Source: Clostridiales bacterium (GTDB taxonomy: Bacteria; Bacillota; Clostridia; Lachnospirales; Cellulosilyticaceae). Taken from it: a stretch of DNA of 64,000 nt. The first letter of the stretch is position 1. Each line of letters begins with the position of its first letter. The stretch is taken from positions 15,854 to 79,853 of the forward strand of contig DYCF01000018.1 in NCBI GenBank assembly GCA_019418225.1, written 5' to 3'. Below are positions 30,585 through 38,412 of the stretch, piece by piece. The translations under genes were made by a program, and so were the position numbers. The notes under the pieces were generated by a model. That model did not search any database and was not told the DNA's origin. It worked only from the letters and a program-made list of their open reading frames with translations.

Positions 30585-31901
30585 CTATCTAGCTTTTTGA
30601 CATAATTCATACCCATTTCGTTCAAACCAAGCCTTAGCTACTACTGCATCAAACTCATTCCATTTATTTTTAAAGCAATCACACCCTTGTCTAGGTACTG
30701 ATCCTGTTTCAATAACAGCTACATTTGCCCCATATTTAATAGCTAACTCACTTGCTGGATGTACACAGATATCAGGCACATGATATCCTCCTGCTAACCT
30801 TGTAATGGCTATAATCTGTGCCAATCTCTTCTCCGAAATTTGAGGGTATTTACCAAGTGGCGTTCCTTCTACTGGTATCCTCGCCATTGCACCAGATACT
30901 ATCGCATTATGCTCAATAGCTGATAAACATATATCTGCAATTTCTTCATTGCTATGTTCTACCCCTATAGGTTCCACCAAATATACTAACTTTAATGGTG
31001 AATTCTTAATAGCACGTAGTGTATTTAATCTATCCTTAGGATCAAATCGTGTATCTTTCCCTTCTCCCATTCTTAATGAATGATAGATAAAATCAACACC
31101 TATTTCATGTAGCTTCAATGCTTTTTCATCATCAAATTCACCTACATTTAATCCTATTTCATACTCTCCCACAACTTCTTTTCTAATTTTCTTTATTAAC
31201 TCACCTAAAATGTCCAAACTATAAAACTCTGTTGTTCTTAATACAATCCATCTTGTGCCATCACTTACATATGCGGCTACTTCCTCAATAATTTCTTCAT
31301 CACTAAATTCTCTACTTGCCTTTACAAGTCCCCATGCTTCTCCTAATGAGCAAAAATCACAATTCATCTCACAAGGCTTATAATCTACCCCCATAGCTCC
31401 CCATAAATAAGCTGCTCCTTTAGTAACAACTTGTGCCACTTCATAAGCTGCTTTACCAAGTTCTTCACATACTGATGTCTCTGGATTAATACTTAATAAT
31501 CTAATAATAGTTTCCCTATCTATCTTTTCACCTCTTAATGCCTTGATTTTAGTACTTTGTATTAAATCTAATACATCCATCTGCTTTCTCTCCTTATTAT
31601 AATCTCTATAAATCCATTTACTTTCTTCTCCTTTAGTCCCGCTAATATAACTACTCACCTCTCCTAACCTCTCTTGGTCTAAGGAGTAATGCATCCACTT
31701 ACCTTCTCTTCTACTATTCACTAACTTACAGTCACAGAGAATCTTCATATGATGCGATAATGTGGGTTGTGTAATATTAAACTTATCCAACAAACGACAT
31801 GCACACTGTTCGCCGCCTTCTAAAATCTTAATAATTTTTAACCGATTAACATCTGATAAAGCTTTGAAAACTAATGCAATATCTGTTTCTTTCCTATCCA
31901 T
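30585..31901 (-). CDS. ArsR-family regulator fused in frame to a BioB/PylB-like radical SAM enzyme
   Basis: ATG 31901 after AAGGAG; FKALSD..RL, EQCACRL, TQPTLSHHMKIL; CEMNCDFC (CX3CX2C); second RBS+ATG at 31580. Confidence 0.85.
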   Translation of the reverse strand: MDRKETDIALVFKALSDVNRLKIIKILEGGEQCACRLLDKFNITQPTLSHHMKILCDCKLVNSRREGKWMHYSLDQERLGEVSSYISGTKGEESKWIYRDYNKERKQMDVLDLIQSTKIKALRGEKIDRETIIRLLSINPETSVCEELGKAAYEVAQVVTKGAAYLWGAMGVDYKPCEMNCDFCSLGEAWGLVKASREFSDEEIIEEVAAYVSDGTRWIVLRTTEFYSLDILGELIKKIRKEVVGEYEIGLNVGEFDDEKALKLHEIGVDFIYHSLRMGEGKDTRFDPKDRLNTLRAIKNSPLKLVYLVEPIGVEHSNEEIADICLSAIEHNAIVSGAMARIPVEGTPLGKYPQISEKRLAQIIAITRLAGGYHVPDICVHPASELAIKYGANVAVIETGSVPRQGCDCFKNKWNEFDAVVAKAWFERNGYELCQKAR

Positions 31902-31921
31902 ATTCGGCTCCTTTTGGGTCT

Positions 31922-32428
31922 TTATATATTCATGTACTTCTCTAAGGAACTTCTTTTCTCCATAAGTACTGTATTTCTCCATTTACCATCTTTATCTTTG
32001 CCTATCATTTCTCGATACCCAACTTCTCTAAATCCACATTTTTTATGTAATCTAATACTTGCTTCATTATCTTGCATAATACCAGACTGAAGCATCCAAA
32101 TGCCATGCGCTTCTGATTGTACTATCATATGCTGTAGTAACTTAGTTCCTACTTCCTTATTTTGATAATCTGCATCTATATAAATGCTCACTTCCGCAAC
32201 GCCTGCATATACACACCTACTAGATACATTTGATAGCGCAATCCAACCAATAACTTTATTATCATATATAGCAACATAACGACAATTACTTATATGTGAT
32301 TGGTCCCATTGTTCATAACTTGGTATACATGTTTGGAACGTTGCCTTATTGGTTTCAATTCCTTCTTTATAGATTCTAGCAACATCTTCCCAATCATACT
32401 CAGTCATATTCCTGATTACAACTTCCAT
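31922..32428 (-). CDS. GNAT acetyltransferase of the phosphinothricin acetyltransferase / ArsN1 type
   Basis: IY.EGI....ATF, SSRCVYAGVAEVSIY, N.ASIRLHKKCGFREVG, GKWRNTVLME. Confidence 0.85.
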   Translation of the reverse strand: MEVVIRNMTEYDWEDVARIYKEGIETNKATFQTCIPSYEQWDQSHISNCRYVAIYDNKVIGWIALSNVSSRCVYAGVAEVSIYIDADYQNKEVGTKLLQHMIVQSEAHGIWMLQSGIMQDNEASIRLHKKCGFREVGYREMIGKDKDGKWRNTVLMEKRSSLEKYMNI

Positions 32429-32469
32429 TCAATTCACCTCCTACACCTATCTAATCTCATTCTCCCTGC

Positions 32470-33723
32470 TTAATTATATATAGAGAAAAGTGATGGCCTT
32501 GGTATCTCCACAACTAACTTAAACTCTTCATATATTTGCATAAGTTTTTGCGCTACCTCTTTGTAATCTTTTCCTTCTACTATGACATATCCTGTTCTTT
32601 TAGTAGTATTTATGTTCTCATCAATATAATCACCTACATGATTATAAATTCTTACCTCTTTTACATCTTCTTTGTTCTTATAATCATCTTCTGTTGCTAT
32701 TTCTACTACTTTGCCTTCCTTTGTAGGTAACGCCACAAAACCAACAAACTTCTGCCCATCTACTGATTCTCTATGAAATTCTCCTGTACACTGAATCTCT
32801 ATAAATGCATCATATAAATTTACACCATATGCGTATTTAATAGTATTTCCAATAAGATCCCCTCCACCAATACGCGTAGCGATTTCACCAAAAATGCATT
32901 CATCTTCTTCTGTAATGAAAACTTCCAAATGGCATATACTTGTTTCTACACCTAATGCACTAATAGCTTTCTCATTAACCTTCTTTATCTTACTTATAGT
33001 CGCATTATCATCGTATGTACTTGGGAAAGTTATTGATGCTACTGGTTTTTGTCCCTTAATTGTTTGGATACAGTTTGCGAGATATTTAGATACTGAGGAA
33101 AATACAACTTCTCCATTAATAACAATGGAATCACAATGATATTCTTCGCCTTTAATATATGACTCTATAATAAAATTCTGACTGACATCTACTAAGTTAA
33201 TTACCTCTTGTAATTCATCTTCATTATGAATAAGGAATGTATTTTGTGTAGCTGCACCATTTCTTGGCTTTATTACTACAGGATATTCATTTTTCTCAAT
33301 AAATCTATTAATGCTCTCTAAACTTTCAATGCATTCAACATTTGCCGTCTTGATACCAGCTTCTGACATAACCTTTTTCATCAAGAACTTATCCCTTGAT
33401 TTCTTACATACCATTTCCTTTAAACCTGGTATATGAAACTTTTCTCTTAGATAGCCACATACCTCCACTACCCATTCATGATTAGCATATAATGCATGAA
33501 TAGTATTGTTTTTTTGTATCTCTTCGATCACGGTTGACATCTCTACAGGGTCAGTTGAATCCTCTACCAATATTACATCATCAAAATAGCTTTTTAACTC
33601 TTCCATCTCGCAGCTAAAACTAGTTTCTATAATAAGAATTTTAAAGAAGTTAGTGTACCTTTTACTTGCCTTAATTACCTCACCAAAATATCCAACGAAC
33701 ACTAAGCTTTCCAATGTCTTCAC
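32470..33723 (-). CDS. ATP-grasp ligase (L-amino-acid ligase-like)
   Basis: RDKFLMK, YPVVIKP, ESYIKGEEY, HLEVF, EIATRIGGG, RTGYVI; true start may be TTG at 33714. Confidence 0.88.
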   Translation of the reverse strand: MKTLESLVFVGYFGEVIKASKRYTNFFKILIIETSFSCEMEELKSYFDDVILVEDSTDPVEMSTVIEEIQKNNTIHALYANHEWVVEVCGYLREKFHIPGLKEMVCKKSRDKFLMKKVMSEAGIKTANVECIESLESINRFIEKNEYPVVIKPRNGAATQNTFLIHNEDELQEVINLVDVSQNFIIESYIKGEEYHCDSIVINGEVVFSSVSKYLANCIQTIKGQKPVASITFPSTYDDNATISKIKKVNEKAISALGVETSICHLEVFITEEDECIFGEIATRIGGGDLIGNTIKYAYGVNLYDAFIEIQCTGEFHRESVDGQKFVGFVALPTKEGKVVEIATEDDYKNKEDVKEVRIYNHVGDYIDENINTTKRTGYVIVEGKDYKEVAQKLMQIYEEFKLVVEIPRPSLFSIYN

Positions 33724-33738
33724 TCCTTTTATGAAGTA

Positions 33739-34545
33739 TTATGCTTTTCTTCCAGTTACTACATAGTAACCTATTTCATCTTCTAAGAATTTAGCCGCAA
33801 ATGGATTCTTTTCTTCAAATTGTTTTACTTGCTCTTGTGCTTCTATGTTATCTTCTAAAAGTTCCTTATATCGTCTATTCTTCTCAAAAGAATAATCATA
33901 TGTTTGAATATCTTTAAAAGAGTGTTTTTTCATATATTCCATATTTTCATCCATTGTAATACTTCCAGCTCTACATCCACTTACTAGTCCTAAATCTTCT
34001 CTAATTTCTTCTGGCACTGGCTTAAGTGAAATGAAATCTGTATATACAAATATTCCACCTGGTGCTAATACTCTTTCTATTTCACTCATAACCTTTTCTC
34101 TGTCTCTTACTAAATTAAGTACACACTCTGTATAAATAAAATCAAATTGTTCATCCATATAAGGAAGTTCATTAACATCTGCCACAAAAAAGCCTATTTT
34201 CTTCTTAATCTCTAATGGTAACGTTTTACTTCCTTCTTTAGCACGTTCAATCATCTTATCACTAAAATCTACACCCATAAATAACTCACCTTGCGTATAC
34301 TCATTCACAATACGCATTAATGTTGTCCCCATGCCACAGCCAATATCAAGAATTCTCTTTTTATCACTTCCCATAAGGATTTTAACGATTTCTTCTGTTG
34401 GACCATTTGGTGAAAATTTATCAACATCCTTAGTATAAGGTCCCATTCCTTCAGCAGCTGAATTATAGAAATCCTTGATTGTTTGGCTTTTTTTATCTAA
34501 CTTTTTCTTTTCTCCACTACAACAACAGCATTCATTCTCTGACAT
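33739..34545 (-). CDS. ArsM-like SAM-dependent methyltransferase
   Basis: LDIGCGMG; ECVLNL and GCRAGS match the two C-terminal As-binding Cys motifs of ArsM (NCVxNL, GCxAGA); N-terminal CCCC. Confidence 0.8.
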   Translation of the reverse strand: MSENECCCCSGEKKKLDKKSQTIKDFYNSAAEGMGPYTKDVDKFSPNGPTEEIVKILMGSDKKRILDIGCGMGTTLMRIVNEYTQGELFMGVDFSDKMIERAKEGSKTLPLEIKKKIGFFVADVNELPYMDEQFDFIYTECVLNLVRDREKVMSEIERVLAPGGIFVYTDFISLKPVPEEIREDLGLVSGCRAGSITMDENMEYMKKHSFKDIQTYDYSFEKNRRYKELLEDNIEAQEQVKQFEEKNPFAAKFLEDEIGYYVVTGRKA

Positions 34546-34574
34546 CTTAATCCCTCCATTTATATCTATTAAAT

Positions 34575-35753
34575 TTATATACTATACTCTTGATTAACAT
34601 CCTGTTCTGTAACACTTCTATAGAATACGCCGAATGTACCTATACCTAAAATCCAAACAGCTACTACAAAATAAAATGTAAATTCTACATTTATATAATC
34701 TACAAGTGCACCTAAAACTAATGGTCCTATGACTGCGCCTAGGCTAGTTGCAGAGCCTAAAAATCCCATTGTCTCACCCATACCTTCTTCTCTCCCCATA
34801 ATAGTTGCTAGAGCTGATGATGCACATAGTAAGACGGCTGATGCAATGGACAATATAACAAACATAGTAACAATCCCTATAAAATTATCAGTGAATCTTA
34901 ATAGCAATACTATAGTAGATGTCACAAGACCTGATACTATAATTAATTTTTTCTTTTGTACACGCTCTACCATCGTGGCTATTATAACCTGACTTCCACC
35001 TATTATAAGATTATTAATAGTCAATAAAATTCCAATCACTGTTACATCCATCTCTAATTTAGTTAAAAACATAGCATAAAATGAAACAGTAAATACTGAC
35101 AATATAGCACTAATTACATTAATAATTCCTAGTCCAATAAGCTTTTTATTAACAAATTTTTTTGTTTTTCTTTCAACTAAATTATTATCATCTTTTTCTT
35201 CAGTATCTAGTTGAGTGGTTGGTAGAAAACCTACTATAACTAGGGAAATTAATGAAACTATCAACAAAGATGAAAATGCCATTTGATAGCCATAATTCTT
35301 AGAAATTAGTCCGCCAATTGTAGGGCCTATACCATTAGCAATAAATATTACTGTATTATAGACTCCCATATACTTACTTTCTTGTCCTTTTGGACTTATT
35401 TTTCCTATATAGGCCATAACCATAGGTAACATCATAGCGGATGCCATTCCATGAAATAGTCGTGCTATAAATAACACTATGTAATTTGATGCGCAGACAT
35501 AAAGTACTGCTATAATCGGATATAATATCAAGCTATATCTTAATATAGCCTTAGGTCCTTTTTTATCAGCTAGTTTTCCTATATATGTTCCCATTAATAT
35601 TCTAACTGAATAAAATCCACTAAATAATAATCCAACTTCTACACCCGTGGCTCCTAGCGTTTGTGCATATGGAGTTAATAGTGGTGCTACTATTCCCGTC
35701 CCTATGACTAATATAAATACTGCTATACAAACTAATGATAAGTTCTTTTTCAT
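34575..35753 (-). CDS. MFS transporter (DHA1-like exporter)
   Basis: ~12 TM helices, motif A GKLADKKGPK, ARLFHG, GIGPTIGG. Confidence 0.9.
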   Translation of the reverse strand: MKKNLSLVCIAVFILVIGTGIVAPLLTPYAQTLGATGVEVGLLFSGFYSVRILMGTYIGKLADKKGPKAILRYSLILYPIIAVLYVCASNYIVLFIARLFHGMASAMMLPMVMAYIGKISPKGQESKYMGVYNTVIFIANGIGPTIGGLISKNYGYQMAFSSLLIVSLISLVIVGFLPTTQLDTEEKDDNNLVERKTKKFVNKKLIGLGIINVISAILSVFTVSFYAMFLTKLEMDVTVIGILLTINNLIIGGSQVIIATMVERVQKKKLIIVSGLVTSTIVLLLRFTDNFIGIVTMFVILSIASAVLLCASSALATIMGREEGMGETMGFLGSATSLGAVIGPLVLGALVDYINVEFTFYFVVAVWILGIGTFGVFYRSVTEQDVNQEYSI

Positions 35754-35789
35754 TGGTATCCCTCATTTCTATATAGCTTTAAAATAGCT

Positions 35790-37019
35790 TTAAACAATCT
35801 GGATTTGAAGTTTTTCTATGTATTCTTCTGCTATCTTTCTAGCATTCTCCTCATCATAGGCTATAACATAACCTAATCTATTAAAGTTATTAGTTGTTCG
35901 TTCTACATACTCACCATTTTCAACGGTTAGACTTACATCTTCTATATTCTTCTCGGATATTTCGTTATCATTAATTTGTACAACTCCACTCTTATTTGCT
36001 ATGGCATATGCAATTGCTGCTGAATTTGCTGAAATTGGGTAAACTTGATTATCCTCCAAATTACCACGCATAGCTATGCTTAACGCTATTTCTCTCATAG
36101 CTAATCCTGTTACAGCTCTTACAAGTTCATCTATATGGTCTCCTCCAGGTCTTCCATTTACCTCTATTACTTTAGGCCCATCTATAGTGAGCTTAATTTC
36201 TGTATGTGTTACACCATAGTCAATATCTAGTGCAGTTAATGCAGCTTTAGTAATTGTTTCAATAGCCTCTCGTTCTGTCTTATCTAATATAGCCGGAACC
36301 ATATGTCCAATCTCTATACAATCAAATGTCTTCTTGCTCGTAATCGCTACAATAGTATGTACATTATTTATAGTATAAGACTCTACACTATACTCTAATC
36401 CTTCTAAATATTCTTCTACTATAATCTCTTCGTCTAACTTTTGACCTATGAAGTTAGAACCTGTATGTTCTATGCATTCTACTGCATCGATTAATTCTTG
36501 CATATCTTTACATATAAAAACGGATTTGCTGCCTGATTCATTAGAAGGCTTTACTACTATTGGAAATTCAATTTGATTTATTACTGATAATACTTCCCTT
36601 ACAGACTTTATAACTACATATTTTGCTGATGGCGTATTATTCTCCTTAAATTTTTCTTTTGCTCTTATCTTATGCCTACAATTTTCAGCTGCTTCTAATT
36701 TAAGTCCCCAATATTTAATATGGCATTCCTCTGCTAGCTGTGCGACAACTGGTATATAATATTCATTAAGAGTAAAAATACGTCTTACATCAAATTTTTC
36801 ACATAGTTGTTTTGTAAGATTTATTACCTCTTCTACATTTGACTGCTCTACTTCATATGGGAAATCTATTGCAATCAATTCATCCATATCTATATTTTGT
36901 TTTATATAAACAATCTGATATCCCATATTATGAATTAATGAAATTTCACTTTCTCTTAAATGAGTTTGTACAACAATCACTACTGATTTTTTATATACTA
37001 CATCTTGTCTTAGCAACAT
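35790..37019 (-). CDS. ATP-grasp ligase (L-amino-acid ligase-like)
   Basis: FPIVVKP, EEYLEGLEYSVE, HTEIK, EVNGRPGGD, RLGYVI. Confidence 0.9.
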   Translation of the reverse strand: MLLRQDVVYKKSVVIVVQTHLRESEISLIHNMGYQIVYIKQNIDMDELIAIDFPYEVEQSNVEEVINLTKQLCEKFDVRRIFTLNEYYIPVVAQLAEECHIKYWGLKLEAAENCRHKIRAKEKFKENNTPSAKYVVIKSVREVLSVINQIEFPIVVKPSNESGSKSVFICKDMQELIDAVECIEHTGSNFIGQKLDEEIIVEEYLEGLEYSVESYTINNVHTIVAITSKKTFDCIEIGHMVPAILDKTEREAIETITKAALTALDIDYGVTHTEIKLTIDGPKVIEVNGRPGGDHIDELVRAVTGLAMREIALSIAMRGNLEDNQVYPISANSAAIAYAIANKSGVVQINDNEISEKNIEDVSLTVENGEYVERTTNNFNRLGYVIAYDEENARKIAEEYIEKLQIQIV

Positions 37020-37297
37020 CTTCCCCCATTTCTTTTACCACCTTGTTCTAATAACTTTGTTATCTTCTGCCCCTTCATAGCTGCAACAATCGCCATAACA
37101 CATCCAATTTCTTGTACTGATATATCAAGTTGCTTTGCGTTCATAACGGCTTGTTTAACTGCATCAGCATCTTCGAAAGACGTCACAGTAGCTAATGCTA
37201 CCAACCCCTTTTCCCTTTCAGTTAATACTTGTGTTTCAAACACTCTTTTACTAAATTCATTAAAAGCCTCGTTAATTTCTGGTACTTGATTAATCAT
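37010..37297 (-). CDS. Carboxymuconolactone decarboxylase/AhpD-like small protein ending in Cys-Cys
   Basis: ATG 37297 after AGGAGG; LTEREKGLVALA...A.QLDIS.QEI pattern; no CxxC; C-terminal RCC. Confidence 0.7.
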   Translation of the reverse strand: MINQVPEINEAFNEFSKRVFETQVLTEREKGLVALATVTSFEDADAVKQAVMNAKQLDISVQEIGCVMAIVAAMKGQKITKLLEQGGKRNGGRCC

Positions 37298-37307
37298 TTT
37301 TTTCCTC

Positions 37308-38003
37308 CTAAACTCCCTTAAAATATTTACACTTATTGTGCCTACATACATCATTGTATTTACTTTGCCAACAAGGTTTCATCTCATGTTCATACAATGG
37401 AAAACTTACATTTAAATATGTATTTGCTACTTCAATACTTTTCTCTAAAACACGCCTTACTGATGCAGTACAACATCTAGGCCCGCCCTGATCTGCTACA
37501 CTTAAAAGTCCTTCTGCTGTAGCTATATTTGCAATGTTTCTTTCTTCGTCACTCATAGGAGTAGACTTATTGATAATTGCAAAAGCTACCCCTAAACCTA
37601 CTGCTGCTCCGCAATTTCCATAGTAACCACACCACCCACCAGGTATCTTGAGTGCTCTATCTATTCCCTCATATACATCATTATCAGTTATCTTGCCAGT
37701 TAAGTTTTTATAGGCAATTAGAAAGGCTGCTGTTGTTAGGGGATGTGGTGAGTTCCCACATATACCACATTCAACAAATAGCATTTCAGCTATCTCACAA
37801 GGATTTTTTTGGCTTATAAGAGGAACCATTTTATACAGTTTATTTATTACACTCTTAGAAGCACACGTATTGCAATAATAATGACCATTCTCACACTGTA
37901 TATACGTCTTTTCCTCAACACCACATTCTGTGCATTTGGCAAATACTAAATGGTCACTATGCTTTAATTCCCCATTACATTTCAAACATTTTCCTATTAT
38001 CAT
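37308..38003 (-). CDS. DUF5714-like cysteine-rich protein
   Basis: N-terminal CxxC pairs, C.NGHY.C..C, PGGWCG..G.CGAA.G.G, GGPRCC, C-terminal Cys cluster. Confidence 0.75.
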   Translation of the reverse strand: MIIGKCLKCNGELKHSDHLVFAKCTECGVEEKTYIQCENGHYYCNTCASKSVINKLYKMVPLISQKNPCEIAEMLFVECGICGNSPHPLTTAAFLIAYKNLTGKITDNDVYEGIDRALKIPGGWCGYYGNCGAAVGLGVAFAIINKSTPMSDEERNIANIATAEGLLSVADQGGPRCCTASVRRVLEKSIEVANTYLNVSFPLYEHEMKPCWQSKYNDVCRHNKCKYFKGV

Positions 38004-38040
38004 ATTAGACTCCTTTAATGTTCAATCTTTAAAGCGCTTT

Positions 38041-38106
38041 AATATAGATAACCATCTATTATATATATAATTATCTATATTATATATATAATTTTACAAA
38101 TTGCAA
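38041..38106 (-). promoter_or_regulatory. Putative promoter/operator of the 28-38 kb cluster
   Basis: Minus strand TTGCAA-16-TATAAT followed by palindrome ATAGAT-aacc-ATCTAT (38044-38059); region is very AT-rich so chance matches are possible. Confidence 0.4.
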
Positions 38107-38261
38107 ATATTTATTTTATTATTTTATCTTTTTCTTGAAAAATATATTTTCTACCTTTTATATCTATTTATTAGCGTAGTTATTTATGTACAAGCATATT
38201 ATACTTATATCAAATCTTAAATTTATGTCTCGCTTTTTTATATTTCACTGTTTCATTCATA

Positions 38262-38376
38262 TATAGATTTCACATTTATAAATTTTAGTTATTCACAGTT
38301 TCTAGTCATGTGAAATCATTGAGAGAAACCTATATACCTATATGTATAGTTCAAGTTTTTAGTTGGTTTCTCTATA
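38262..38376 (+). repeat. 111-bp dispersed repeat copy
   Basis: tatagatttcacat...ggtttctc+tata. Confidence 0.95.
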
Positions 38377-38412
38377 GATTGATTCTATACACTACTTAAA
38401 TAGGAGGAATTT

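Noticed and set aside
31902..31982. N-terminal extension of the ArsR-radical SAM ORF given in the ORF track
   Set aside because: Overlaps the GNAT gene by ~60 bp; the RBS supports a start at 31901
28016..38376. Integrative element or transposon boundaries around the ars-like cluster
   Set aside because: No integrase, transposase, tRNA or flanking direct repeats visible; the repeat at 38262 is one of many copies
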